Source of the DNA: Acidimicrobiia bacterium
Lineage (GTDB): Bacteria; Actinomycetota; Acidimicrobiia; Spongiisociales; JAOTWH01
Length of the DNA: 37,785 nt
Reading direction: 5' to 3'
NCBI GenBank assembly: GCA_041621915.1
Contig: JBFJZV010000001.1
Coordinates: 1 to 37,785, forward strand
Of this stretch, positions 8,101 through 17,215 are shown in pieces (the stretch's first letter is position 1; every line of letters starts with the position of its first letter). The notes beneath the pieces were generated by a model, which was given only the letters and a program-made list of their open reading frames with translations, made no database searches and was not told the origin of the DNA. A program made the translations under genes and the position numbers.

Positions 8101-9498
8101 GTGCGCCGCCTCGCCGTCCTCGTGCTCCTGCTCGCTGCGTGCGGCGACGCAGCCGGCGGCACGTCGGCGCCCGCCACCACCGCCCCGGCCGTGACGACCA
8201 CGGTGGGCGCCCTGCCCCCGACCGCGGCCCCGGCGCCCGAAGCTGCCGAGGCGGTCGCGCAGGTGGTCGAAGACCCGTCGGTGCTGACCGTCGCCGCGGC
8301 GGCCGCAGCCATTCACGACACCGGCGACCCCCGGTGGGTGCCGTACCTCGTCGACATGCTGCGGCTCACCGGCGACGAGCAGGCGTTCGCCGCCATGCGC
8401 AACGCCCTCGCCGACCTCACGGGCGTGCCGCCGCCGGAGGAGTTCGGCGACGTCTACACGGTCTACGGCGGGTGGATGTACGACAACCCGGTCGACCCGG
8501 GCGCCGAGTACGTCGAGTGGAAGGCGCGGCTGTACGGGCTCATCGATGGCCCGTTCGAGGAGCTGATCCTCCAGATCGACGACCCCGTGCTGGCGAGCCG
8601 AGTCCAGTGGGGCGGCGTGGCCCGCGGCGGCATCCCCGAGCTGAACAACCCCACGGTGATCGACGCGGACGAGGCGAGTTACATGCAGCCGGACGAGCTG
8701 ACGTTCGGAGCGGAGGTGAACGGCGAGGCCCGCTCGTACCCGCACCGCATCCTCGACCACCACGAGCTGGCGAACGACACGCTCGGCGGCGAGCCGGTGG
8801 CGCTGGTCGACTGCACCTTGTGCCGAACCGGGGTCCTCTACTCGCGGCGGGTCGGAGACCAGGTCCTGCAGTTCCAGACGTCGGGGCTGCTGATCAACAG
8901 CAACAAGATCATGGTCGACGTCGCCACCGAGTCGCTGTGGGAGCAGCTCACGGGGGTGGCGATCGCCGGGCCGCTGGAGGGCACGGAGCTCGACCGCTTC
9001 TTCCTCACCGTCACCACCTGGGGCGACTGGGTGGCGGAGAACCCGGGCTCGGGGGTGCTGGCGATACCCGACGAGGGCATCTACGGCGCCCGCTACTCGT
9101 ACGCGCCCGGTGAGGCGTACGAGGCCTACTACGCCGGCGATGAGCTGTGGTTCCCGGCGTTCGACGCGCCCGACGTGCTCCGCGCCAAGGAGGAGGTCGC
9201 CACGCTCGATCTCGGCGAGGCGCAGCTCGCCGTGTCGGTGGCGGCGCTGGTGGAAGCGGGTCCGCAGCTGCTGGACGTGGGCGGGCGGCCGGTGGTGGCC
9301 GTGCCCACCGACGGCGGGGCCCGGTTCTACGACGCCGCAGACGCGGGCGACATCGGCGATCTGGCGGCGGCGACGGCCGGGCCGGAGGCGGTGGCTCTGG
9401 CGAGTGGTGAGCAGCTGCCCCGCCTGCAGTCGGGGCAGTCGTTCTGGTTCGCCTGGTACGGGGCGTTCCCCGACACGGCGTGGTGGCCGGAGGGCTGA
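8101..9498 (+). CDS. DUF3179-family lipoprotein
   Basis: The GTG at 8101 gives (M)RRLAVLVLLLAACGD, which has a lipobox (LAAC). The central region GGIPELNNP...VNGEARSYPHRILDHHELANDTLGGEPVALVDCTLCRTGVLYSRR...FQTSGLLINSNKIMVDVATESLWEQLTG matches the conserved DUF3179 core as I remember it. Confidence 0.8.
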   Translation: MRRLAVLVLLLAACGDAAGGTSAPATTAPAVTTTVGALPPTAAPAPEAAEAVAQVVEDPSVLTVAAAAAAIHDTGDPRWVPYLVDMLRLTGDEQAFAAMRNALADLTGVPPPEEFGDVYTVYGGWMYDNPVDPGAEYVEWKARLYGLIDGPFEELILQIDDPVLASRVQWGGVARGGIPELNNPTVIDADEASYMQPDELTFGAEVNGEARSYPHRILDHHELANDTLGGEPVALVDCTLCRTGVLYSRRVGDQVLQFQTSGLLINSNKIMVDVATESLWEQLTGVAIAGPLEGTELDRFFLTVTTWGDWVAENPGSGVLAIPDEGIYGARYSYAPGEAYEAYYAGDELWFPAFDAPDVLRAKEEVATLDLGEAQLAVSVAALVEAGPQLLDVGGRPVVAVPTDGGARFYDAADAGDIGDLAAATAGPEAVALASGEQLPRLQSGQSFWFAWYGAFPDTAWWPEG

Positions 9499-9525
9499 CA
9501 GCGTCCCGGGCGGTAGATTCGCCCG

Positions 9526-10293
9526 ATGCACAAGCTTCGCGACTGGGTGTGCACGATCCCGCTGCTGCTGGCGATCGCGCTGATCCTGCTCGTGCTCGAC
9601 CCCGTCGTGCGGGTGGCGGGACGGATCTCCTATGCCGCGATGGGGCGGGTGATCGTGCTCCTGGAGCGGGGGCTGGTGGGGTCCTTCCGGGTGTTCTGCC
9701 GGGTGCGCATCGAAGCAGAGATGGCCGAGAGCTACGAGGCCGGCAAGCCGTACGTCTACGTCGGCAACCACCAGAGCAACTTCGATATCCCGCTGATCGG
9801 CGCGTTCACCGGCGTCCCCGCTCCGAAGTTCACGCCCCACCACCGGCTGCGGCGCTGGATCCCTTTTGTGTCGTATGTGATCCGCCGCGGCGGCTACCCG
9901 CCGATCGACCGGGACAGGCCCCGTGAGACGCTGCGGGCGATCCGCGACATGGCACGCGAGTCGGCGGCAGCGGGCATCGGCATGGTGATCTTCCCCGAGG
10001 GCAAGCGGGCCCGTGCCGGCGAGATGCTGCCGTTCCAGCCGGCCGGCACGTCGACGATCCTCCAGGCCGCGCCGGAGATGCCCGTGGTGCCGGTGGCGAT
10101 CGACGGCGCCTGGAGCCTGATGGAGCACGGCCTCTTTCCGACCCCATTCGGGCACCGGGTGCGGATCCGCTTCCACGACCCGATCTCCCGCCAGCCCGGC
10201 GACGCCGCCGACGCCCTCGCCCAGGCGCGGGAGGTCATCGCCTCGACGCTGGAGCAATGGCGGACGGCCGGGGTCGTCGGGTACCGGCGGTAG
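9526..10293 (+). CDS. plsC: 1-acyl-sn-glycerol-3-phosphate (lysophospholipid) acyltransferase
   Basis: Starts at ATG 9526. The HX4D acyltransferase motif NHQSNFD lies at 9766-9786, the FPEGKR motif is present, and there is an N-terminal TM helix. Confidence 0.85.
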   Translation: MHKLRDWVCTIPLLLAIALILLVLDPVVRVAGRISYAAMGRVIVLLERGLVGSFRVFCRVRIEAEMAESYEAGKPYVYVGNHQSNFDIPLIGAFTGVPAPKFTPHHRLRRWIPFVSYVIRRGGYPPIDRDRPRETLRAIRDMARESAAAGIGMVIFPEGKRARAGEMLPFQPAGTSTILQAAPEMPVVPVAIDGAWSLMEHGLFPTPFGHRVRIRFHDPISRQPGDAADALAQAREVIASTLEQWRTAGVVGYRR

Positions 10294-10333
10294 GGCGCTC
10301 CCCCAGCCCGTCGGCTCGCGGGCGGAGCTGCCG

Positions 10334-11011
10334 CTACGTCCCGGCGGCCGCCTTCAGGCGGTCGCGGTCGACCACGGTGATCACCCGGTAGCCGGTCTCC
10401 ACGGCGCCCGTCTCCCGCAGCTCGCCCAGTGCCTCGTTGACCGACTGGCGGCTGGCTCCGAGCAGCGTCGCCAGGCTCGCCTGGGACAGGTGCACCTCCC
10501 CGTAGCGGTCGGCCTCGTCCAGCAGCAGCTCGGCCACCTGCTCCCGGACGGTCCGGTGCATGAGCCGCAGCATGCGCCGCTGGGTCGCCTCGAGCTGCGA
10601 CAGGCCGGCGACCAGCCACCGGAGCGTGATCACCGGGTGCTCGACCAGCAGCGGCAGCAGCCGGTTGCGGGTGAATCGGAGCGCAGTGACCGTGTCGACG
10701 GCGCGGGCCGAGGAAATGTAGGGCTCGCCGCGGAACATGGCGATGTCCCCGAGCACCGCCCCCTCGCCGACCCGGGCCACCACCCGCAATCCCGCTTTCG
10801 GGCCCCTGTAGAGCTCGGCGGTGCCGCGCTGGACGACGTAAGCGGCTTCGGCCGGCTGGCCCTCCCGGAAGAGGTGGGTCCCGGGGTACTTCTCCACGAA
10901 CTCGCCGGCATCCGACAGTGCCCGCAGGTCGTCGGGGCTCAGCGGCAGGTAGTCGGTGCGGCCGAAGGTGCGTGCCAGCCACGCGAAGTGCTGCTGGTCG
11001 GCGACGTTCAT
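10334..11011 (-). CDS. Crp/Fnr-family transcriptional regulator (cNMP-binding domain + C-terminal HTH)
   Basis: The ATG at 11011 has a GAGGAA RBS. The cNMP-binding-like beta-roll is LFREGQPAEAAYVVQRGTAELYRG...GDIAMFRGEPYISSARA. The C-terminal HTH is SQASLATLLGASRQSVNEALGELRETG. The first 72 codons of the track ORF are unsupported. Confidence 0.85.
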   Translation of the reverse strand: MNVADQQHFAWLARTFGRTDYLPLSPDDLRALSDAGEFVEKYPGTHLFREGQPAEAAYVVQRGTAELYRGPKAGLRVVARVGEGAVLGDIAMFRGEPYISSARAVDTVTALRFTRNRLLPLLVEHPVITLRWLVAGLSQLEATQRRMLRLMHRTVREQVAELLLDEADRYGEVHLSQASLATLLGASRQSVNEALGELRETGAVETGYRVITVVDRDRLKAAAGT

Positions 11012-11193
11012 CGTGTTCCTCGTAGGTTCGGTTGGTCGGCAGTCGCTACACAGCCAGCAGTCGTGGGAGCCGCTGACCTCCACCTTTGTCGCCCACCCGA
11101 CACTACTGCGCTGAAGCAACTGTCGCCCCTCTGACAATGGGATGTCTCGCCGGCGCCGCTTCCTGGTTGCTCTCGGTGAGGAGGTAACAATTA

Positions 11194-11673
11194 ATGGAGC
11201 TCTTGCACGCACTGCTCGCGGCGGCACTCGGCACGGCGCTGATGAGCCGTTCGAGTTTCACCGAGATGTTCTGGGAGGGCCGTGAGGCCAGCACGGTGCC
11301 CGGCCAGGCGCTCGGGCAGCTCCTCAAGCCCTTTGGCGTCCAGAAGATCGAGGGCCGCATGCTCTCGATCCTCTCCGACTACATGCACTGGGTCCTCGGC
11401 GTGTCGTGGGGCGTGGCGTTCTGGCTGCTTCACCCGGTGCTCGGGCTCGACCTGTGGCTGGCCGGCATCGCGTACTTCATCGTCGTGTGGGGCGCCGAGC
11501 AGATCTACCTGCCGCTGCTCGGCCTCGGGATCCCCTGGCCGTGGAAGTGGGGCGCCAACCCCGACGGGCGGTACATCTGGCGGTACAACCTGTCCGACAT
11601 GTGGCACCACGTCGTCTACGCCGGCGGCACCACGCTCGGCTGGCTGCTGATCGACTTCACCCAGCGGGGATGA
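11194..11673 (+). CDS. Small integral membrane protein (about 4 TM helices), function unknown
   Basis: The ATG at 11194 has a strong RBS (gaggagg, about 8 nt upstream). Hydrophobic helices are LLHALLAAALGTALM, WVLGVSWGVAFWLL, LWLAGIAYFIVVWGA and VVYAGGTTLGWLLI. Third positions are GC-rich. It lies 63 nt upstream of, and on the same strand as, the TIR-NB-ARC-WD40 gene. Confidence 0.75.
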   Translation: MELLHALLAAALGTALMSRSSFTEMFWEGREASTVPGQALGQLLKPFGVQKIEGRMLSILSDYMHWVLGVSWGVAFWLLHPVLGLDLWLAGIAYFIVVWGAEQIYLPLLGLGIPWPWKWGANPDGRYIWRYNLSDMWHHVVYAGGTTLGWLLIDFTQRG

Positions 11674-11736
11674 GGCCCCCGCTGCTTTCAGCGGCGGCTC
11701 CGTGTACGGTTGGGGGAAGTCACGGGGGAGCGACGA

Positions 11737-14700
11737 GTGACGAATCGCGGGCACGTGTTCATCTCCTACGCACGCGCCGACGACGCCGAATTCGTAGACC
11801 GGTTGCGAACCGACCTCCAAGCGGGCGGCCTGCACGTTTGGTGGGACGAGTCCGCCATGGAGAGTCGCGGGGCGGGTTTCCTGCAGGAGCTCCAAGATGC
11901 CATCCGCAGCGCCGACCGCGTGGTGCTGGTTACTGGCCCGGCGGCCGGCCGCTCCGACTACGTGGAAGCGGAATGGCGGTTCGCGCTCGACGAGGCCTGC
12001 ACCGCAGTCACCCCGGTGTTCCGGTCGGGCGGGGTAGACGAGGCCCCACCCGGTGTGCAGCACCTGCACGGGGTGGACTTCGGCGACGACGGGCGCTATC
12101 GAGAGGCGCTCTACGAGCTGATCCGACTCCTGCGTAGCCAGCCGGCGGCGCAGGGACCGTTGTGGGGCGTCGACGCCCTCCCTCCGTATCACGTGCGCCG
12201 GCCTGACGTCGAGCGTGACCTGGCCGCCGCCGTGATGCCAGATCTCGGCGGCCCCGTCGCCGTGCCCGGGGAGCAGAGCGTGACCAGCCTCGTCGGCATG
12301 CCCGGCTCCGGGAAGTCCGTTGTCGCCGCTGCGTTCGCCCGCCTCTGTGCCACCCGTTGGGCATTCGGCGACGGCATCGTGTGGGCGCGGGTGGGGGAGT
12401 CGGCTTCGGCGCCGGCCGTGCTGCAGCGCGTCGCTCAGCGGCTTCAGGTCCCAGCCGCCGCCCTCTCCGAGCACCTGTCCGATCGAAGATGCCTGATCGT
12501 CCTGGACGACGTGTGGGACCAGAAGGTCGTGGAGCATGTGGCCGACGCCCTGGGACCTGTCTGCCGAGTGCTGCTGACGACCCGCCGCGGCGACCTGGCG
12601 ATCGCGGCCCGCAGCCTCCACCTGGACGTGATGGCCGGCGGGCTCGCCTTGCAGTTGCTGACCAGAGCCGCCGGCCGCGTCGACGCCGCCGAGCTACCGG
12701 GATCCGCCGAAACGATCATCGACGAATGCGGCGGGCTGCCGCTGGCGCTCGCGATGGTCGGTGCAGCTCTGGCGGGCAAGCCGGAGGACCGCTGGGCCAC
12801 GATGCTCGACCGGCTGCGCGGCGCCCGCCTCGGCGACATCCGCCACAGGCTGCCCCGCTACGACCACCCGACCCTGCTGGCCGCAATGGAGGCTGCTACG
12901 GCTGCGCTCGACTCCGATCCGGACGTGCCGGACCATGCTCGCGCCCGCTACGAGGACCTTGCCGCGTTCGAGCGTGACGGAGAGATACCCGAGCCGGCGC
13001 TGGCTGTCGTGTGGGCGGCCACCGGTCTCGACCCGGGCGGCACGCAGGACCTCTGCGACCTCCTCGTGAGCAGGTCGCTACTCCGCCGGAGCGTTTCCGG
13101 GCGGTACACGCTCCACAACCTGCAGGCCGACTACCTCCAGGGCACGCATCCCGACCTCAGCGGCCTGCACGGCCGGGTCGTGGCGGCGTATCGGGAATGC
13201 TGCGACGGTGATTGGGCAGCCGGTCCCAACGATGGTCATTACTTCCAGCAGCTCCCGGTGCACATGCGCGACGCCGGCCTCACAACGGAGCTGGCGGAGC
13301 TGCTGGGCGACCCGGATTGGATCGTCGCCAAGTTGGCGGCCACCGACCCGTGGACGCTGGCCGCCGACGAGGTGCTGGTCCCCGGAAACGCCGACGAGCA
13401 GCGGCTGCTGTACGAGGCGCTGCGGCGATCGGTGCCTGCCCTGGCGGCGGAAGCCCGTCAGCTCGCCCCCCAGCTCCTGGGCCGGCTCGGAGGCGTCGAC
13501 GTACCGGCGCTCGCCGTCGTCCTCGGCCGCATGAGGGAACAGGTCGACGGCACCTGGCTGGAACCGGTATGGGCAACCCTCGACCAACCGGGTGGCCCGC
13601 TGCGATGGACGCTCGAGGGGCACGTGGGCGCCGCCCATGGCGTGGCCGCAACCCCCGACGGCCGGCATGCCGTGGTTGGCACCACCGAGGGCCACGTGGT
13701 GCTCTGGGACCTGGCCACCGGGCGCCGCCGGATCGCCTTTCACAGACCCGACGCGCACGTCTGGGGCGTGGCGGTCACCGACGACGCCCGGCGGGTGGCG
13801 GCCGCGCTCGACGTCGACGGCGTCGCGGTCTGGGACGTGGCATCCGCCCAGGAACTGCCGACCGCATGGGAGCCCGGCGTGGCCGTGCGCGGCGTGGCCT
13901 TCGTCGACGGTGGAGCGCGGCTGGCGATCGGAACCGGCGAAGGTGAGGTGGCGGTGCTCGCGCTTGATGGGAGCCCGCTCGACCCGCTCGCCGGCCGCCA
14001 CGTCGAAGGCGTGCAGTCGCTGGTGGCGGCGCCGGGAGGGCGGATCGTGGTGACCGGCGACCAGGGCGGCGCGGTCGCGGCCTGGGACGTGCAAGCTCGC
14101 CGCCAACTGTGGTGCATGCCGGCCCACGACTCGGGCGTCTGGTCCGTCGCGTGTGATCGCGACGGCGCCCGCTGCCTGTCCGTGGCCAATCACAACACGG
14201 TTGTGCTTAGCGCATTGGAAACGGGGGAGACGCTCGCTTCCTTCGCCACGGGCGTATGGTCATTCGGGTGCTGCCTGCTCGACGACGGCCGGGCCGTGAC
14301 CAGCGACGCAGACGGAGAGCTGAAGATCTGGAAGCTGCCCGAGGGCGAGCGGATCGGCGGGCTGCGCGCCCACGACGCGATGGCCGATCGGGTGGCGGCG
14401 GCGGGTGGGGCGCGGGTGGTCTCGGTGGCGCGAGACGGCACCGCCCGGGTCTGGGACCTCGACGCACCCACGGGCACCGAGGTTTCCGCGCACGGGGGAC
14501 CCGTGTACGGCGTGGCCGTCTCGGCGGAACTGCAGGGAGTGATGGCGGCGTCGGAGGACCGGATGGCCACAGCGTGGGGTTTCGACTCCGGCGCGCGCCT
14601 ACTGAATATCGAGCTGAAACGCTGGGGCCGCCGGGTGGCGTTCGTGCCCGGCACGACGCTGATCCTCGTCGGCGACGCAGACGGGATCGTCCACCTCGTG

Positions 14701-15486
14701 AATCTGCGCGGGCCCGAGATGCTCCGCTCGCGTCAGCTGCACGTGCCGGCGGTCGACTCGACGCCCGAGGGCGGGACCGGCTTCGGCCTGGGCGGGGTGA
14801 CAGGCCTGGGTGTCTCGCCTCCGGTTGCGTGGTCATTCGGCGCCGACGGCGACCTCGCCCTCTGGCACCTGGAGCGGGACGAGATCGACCGCTCGTCGAC
14901 GGAGCTGGAGCCCCCCGTCGTCGGGGCGGTGGCCACCCGCTCCGATCGGGCCGTCGTCGGCGCCGGCGACGGCCTCCTGCGAGCGGGCCCGCTGTCGGGC
15001 GGTCTCGAGGCCAGGAGCCCCCCGGAGCCGGCCGCGGCCTGCGTGGCCGTGGCCATCGACGCAGTGGGGGCGATCGCCGTGTCGTCGCACGTTGACGGCG
15101 CCGTCATCGCCTGGCGCCTCGACGATCGCAAGGCCGGGTACCTCGAGCTCGGCGGCACCGCCGACGCCACGATCATGCACCTCGAAAGCGGCATGAAACT
15201 CCCGATCGGAGGTTCGTTGCAGGCGCCCGTCATGGCCCGCGGCTTGGCCGTCTCGGCCGATGGGCGGCTCGCCGTCGGCGCGTTCAGCGACGGCTGGGTC
15301 CGGGTGTGGGAGCTGGCTCGACTCGCCCAGGTGGCTGCCTTCCGCTGCGACGAGGCCTTGTTCTCGTGTGCGATCGACGGGAAGATGATCGCGGCCGGCG
15401 GGGCCCGCCGGGTGCACCTCCTTGAGCTGCACGAGGAAACCGGTCAGGACGCGGAGCGCCCCGCCTCGTCCTTGGCCATGAGGTAG
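11737..15486 (+). CDS. TIR - NB-ARC (AP-ATPase/STAND NTPase) - WD40-repeat protein, Apaf-1/NLR-like architecture
   Basis: The GTG at 11737 sits 6 nt after gggggag; the alternative TTG at 11710 is the track start. TIR domain: [11 protein letters not shown] (from 11752), LHVWWDE, VVLVTG, and SDYVEAEW with the catalytic-position Glu codon at 11971-11973. NB-ARC: Walker A GMPGSGKS at 12295-12318, Walker [10 protein letters not shown] at 12493-12519, LLTTR at 12571-12585, GGLPLAL at 12730-12750. Winged-helix segment [12 protein letters not shown] at 13102-13137 resembles the Apaf-1 YYLHDLQVDFL sensor-His region. About 14 WD-like blades span about 13597-15483 (VLWDL, AVWDV, AAWDV, KIWKL, RVWDL, LALWHL, VIAWRL, VRVWEL). 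It is a single uninterrupted ORF. Confidence 0.9.
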   Translation: MTNRGHVFISYARADDAEFVDRLRTDLQAGGLHVWWDESAMESRGAGFLQELQDAIRSADRVVLVTGPAAGRSDYVEAEWRFALDEACTAVTPVFRSGGVDEAPPGVQHLHGVDFGDDGRYREALYELIRLLRSQPAAQGPLWGVDALPPYHVRRPDVERDLAAAVMPDLGGPVAVPGEQSVTSLVGMPGSGKSVVAAAFARLCATRWAFGDGIVWARVGESASAPAVLQRVAQRLQVPAAALSEHLSDRRCLIVLDDVWDQKVVEHVADALGPVCRVLLTTRRGDLAIAARSLHLDVMAGGLALQLLTRAAGRVDAAELPGSAETIIDECGGLPLALAMVGAALAGKPEDRWATMLDRLRGARLGDIRHRLPRYDHPTLLAAMEAATAALDSDPDVPDHARARYEDLAAFERDGEIPEPALAVVWAATGLDPGGTQDLCDLLVSRSLLRRSVSGRYTLHNLQADYLQGTHPDLSGLHGRVVAAYRECCDGDWAAGPNDGHYFQQLPVHMRDAGLTTELAELLGDPDWIVAKLAATDPWTLAADEVLVPGNADEQRLLYEALRRSVPALAAEARQLAPQLLGRLGGVDVPALAVVLGRMREQVDGTWLEPVWATLDQPGGPLRWTLEGHVGAAHGVAATPDGRHAVVGTTEGHVVLWDLATGRRRIAFHRPDAHVWGVAVTDDARRVAAALDVDGVAVWDVASAQELPTAWEPGVAVRGVAFVDGGARLAIGTGEGEVAVLALDGSPLDPLAGRHVEGVQSLVAAPGGRIVVTGDQGGAVAAWDVQARRQLWCMPAHDSGVWSVACDRDGARCLSVANHNTVVLSALETGETLASFATGVWSFGCCLLDDGRAVTSDADGELKIWKLPEGERIGGLRAHDAMADRVAAAGGARVVSVARDGTARVWDLDAPTGTEVSAHGGPVYGVAVSAELQGVMAASEDRMATAWGFDSGARLLNIELKRWGRRVAFVPGTTLILVGDADGIVHLVNLRGPEMLRSRQLHVPAVDSTPEGGTGFGLGGVTGLGVSPPVAWSFGADGDLALWHLERDEIDRSSTELEPPVVGAVATRSDRAVVGAGDGLLRAGPLSGGLEARSPPEPAAACVAVAIDAVGAIAVSSHVDGAVIAWRLDDRKAGYLELGGTADATIMHLESGMKLPIGGSLQAPVMARGLAVSADGRLAVGAFSDGWVRVWELARLAQVAAFRCDEALFSCAIDGKMIAAGGARRVHLLELHEETGQDAERPASSLAMR

Positions 15487-15950
15487 CCGCGGGCCCGCTC
15501 CGTCCGGGGGTAGCGGTCGACCAGCGCCCAGAAGCGGGGCCCGTGGCCGGGGACCACGAGGTGGGCCAGCTCGTGGACGATGACGTAGTCGAGCACCCAG
15601 CCCGGGCACTCGGCCAGGCGGCTCGACACCCGGATGCGGCCCGACTCGACGCTGCACGACCCCCACCGCGATTGCTGGCGGTCGGACCAGGCGATCTCGG
15701 CCGGCTCCGGGAGGCCGTGACGTCGGGCCAGCCCGGTGGCCCGGGCAAGGAGGTCGATGCCGGCCGCCGAGCGCTTCCGCATGACCCTCTGCCGCATCTC
15801 CCGCACCCACCGCTCCTCCTCGGCCGTCGAGAGGTGGGCGGGGAGGTGCACCCGCAGCACGCCGTCGACCAGCCTGGCCTGGACGGTCTTGCGGCGTCTG
15901 GTGCTGCGAATCACTTCGACGGGCACGGCGGTGTCGCTCATGTCGGGCAT
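15444..15950 (-). CDS. DUF45 / YgjP-like (M48-related, SprT-like) zinc metallopeptidase
   Basis: The ATG at 15950 gives [37 protein letters not shown]; the alternative ATG is at 15941. The HExxH motif is [17 protein letters not shown]. Layout is typical of DUF45. Its 3' end overlaps the convergent TIR-NB-ARC-WD40 gene by 43 nt. Confidence 0.85.
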   Translation of the reverse strand: MPDMSDTAVPVEVIRSTRRRKTVQARLVDGVLRVHLPAHLSTAEEERWVREMRQRVMRKRSAAGIDLLARATGLARRHGLPEPAEIAWSDRQQSRWGSCSVESGRIRVSSRLAECPGWVLDYVIVHELAHLVVPGHGPRFWALVDRYPRTERARGYLMAKDEAGRSAS

Positions 15951-15982
15951 CCTGCCATGCCCCTGTGACGAGAACTGGCAGT

Positions 15983-17215
15983 TCAGCCCCGGCCGCCCGC
16001 CAGCGACGCCGCCAGCGGCGAGCGGCGCAGCCGCACCATCGCAGCGACCCCGAGGGCCGGGCCGATCGCCAGCACCGGGAACGCCCACTGCCAGCTCCAC
16101 GCGTCGGCGAGCACCGGCACCCCCCGGATCGTGACCAGCGTCAGCAGGAACCCAAGCGCGGTCTGCAAGGTGAGCGCAGTGCCGCGGGTGGCGTCGTCGG
16201 CGGTCTCGGTGACCATCGTCGAGAACTGCGCCGAGTCGGCGACCACGGTGAAACCCCAGATCAGGAACAGCGGCATCACCACCAGCGGCGACCGGCCGAA
16301 GACGACCGGGCTAGCCAGCGCGCACGCGCCCGACACCACCATCGCCCCGCCGGCCACCGTCGTGCGGCCGAGCCGGTCCGCTCCCACGCCGGCCAGCCAG
16401 GCGCCCGCCCCGCCGATGGCGATCACCGCGAAAGTCGCCGCCGGCACCCAGCCGTCCCCGCCGCCCGCCGCCAGCGCGGAGGCCGACAGGAACGCCGCGG
16501 TCCAGGTCCACATGGCGTACAGCTCCCACATGTGGCCGAAGTAGCCGTAGGTCGCCAGCCGCACCCCCCGGTTGCGGACCACGCTGCCGACGTGCCGTAA
16601 CGAGAATGCCTGGGTGGCCGTCTCGTACGGGCCGTCGGGCACGCGTGCCATTGCCGCTGCCCCGGTGACGGCGAGCAGCGATGCCGCCGCCACCACTCCC
16701 TGCCAGTCAAAGCCGACGCCGCGGATGAGGTGTGGGCCAGCCGAGCCCACCGTCAACGCGCCGACCAGCACCCCGAGTGCCATGCCCCGGCGTTCCCGGT
16801 ACCACCCGGCCATCACCTTCAGCCCGGCCGGGTAGACGCCGGCCAGTGCGGCCCCGGTGGCGAGTCGCAGGCCGAAAGCCTGCCCGTAGTCGCCAGCGTC
16901 CAGGAGGAGCAATGCGCCGTTGGCTGCCGCGCCTGCCAGGGCGGTGACCAGGAACAGCCGGCGGCTGGGCACCGCGTCGGGAATGCCGGCCATCGCCAGC
17001 CCCAGTGCGCCTGCCACGAAGCCGATCTGGACGGCCAGCGTGAGCCCAGCGGTCTGCCCGCCCGACAGCTCCCACAGATCCTCGAGCTGTGGCGCCACTG
17101 CCGATGCCGAGAACCACAGAGTGAGGACCAGCAGCTGGCTGCCTGCGATGGTCGCCAGCGCCCGCCGCTGCTGCGACGGGTCGAAGCCGAGCGGCCTGGC
17201 TTCAGTCCCCCCCAC
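15983..17215 (-). CDS. MFS transporter
   Basis: The 410-aa ORF starts at GTG 17215. It has about 12 hydrophobic segments and Gly/Ala-rich helices typical of MFS. It overlaps the ccdA stop by 14 nt and ends 32 nt upstream of the DUF45 gene on the same strand. Confidence 0.85.
   Translation of the reverse strand: MGGTEARPLGFDPSQQRRALATIAGSQLLVLTLWFSASAVAPQLEDLWELSGGQTAGLTLAVQIGFVAGALGLAMAGIPDAVPSRRLFLVTALAGAAANGALLLLDAGDYGQAFGLRLATGAALAGVYPAGLKVMAGWYRERRGMALGVLVGALTVGSAGPHLIRGVGFDWQGVVAAASLLAVTGAAAMARVPDGPYETATQAFSLRHVGSVVRNRGVRLATYGYFGHMWELYAMWTWTAAFLSASALAAGGGDGWVPAATFAVIAIGGAGAWLAGVGADRLGRTTVAGGAMVVSGACALASPVVFGRSPLVVMPLFLIWGFTVVADSAQFSTMVTETADDATRGTALTLQTALGFLLTLVTIRGVPVLADAWSWQWAFPVLAIGPALGVAAMVRLRRSPLAASLAGGRG

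Noticed and set aside
8062-10257. 731-aa minus-strand ORF spanning the DUF3179 and plsC genes
   Set aside because: It crosses two well-supported plus-strand genes and an intergenic gap. It has no recognisable motifs and looks like a high-GC artefact.
11121-11136. CRP-like palindrome TGTCG-N6-TGACA upstream of the small membrane protein gene
   Set aside because: It matches only 7 of 10 consensus positions of TGTGA-N6-TCACA. The specificity of this Crp/Fnr paralogue is unknown, so I mention it only as context and do not call it a feature.
11191-12621. 476-aa minus-strand ORF antisense to the small membrane protein gene and the TIR/NB-ARC region
   Set aside because: The plus strand carries consecutive TIR and P-loop motifs in frame. 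The antisense product has no motifs and poor codon bias.
11194-15486. Thoeris-type (ThsA/ThsB) system
   Set aside because: No SIR2, SLOG or Macro-domain ThsA-like gene is present anywhere in the window. The TIR domain is fused to its own STAND/WD40 sensor, so a classical two-gene Thoeris system is not supported.
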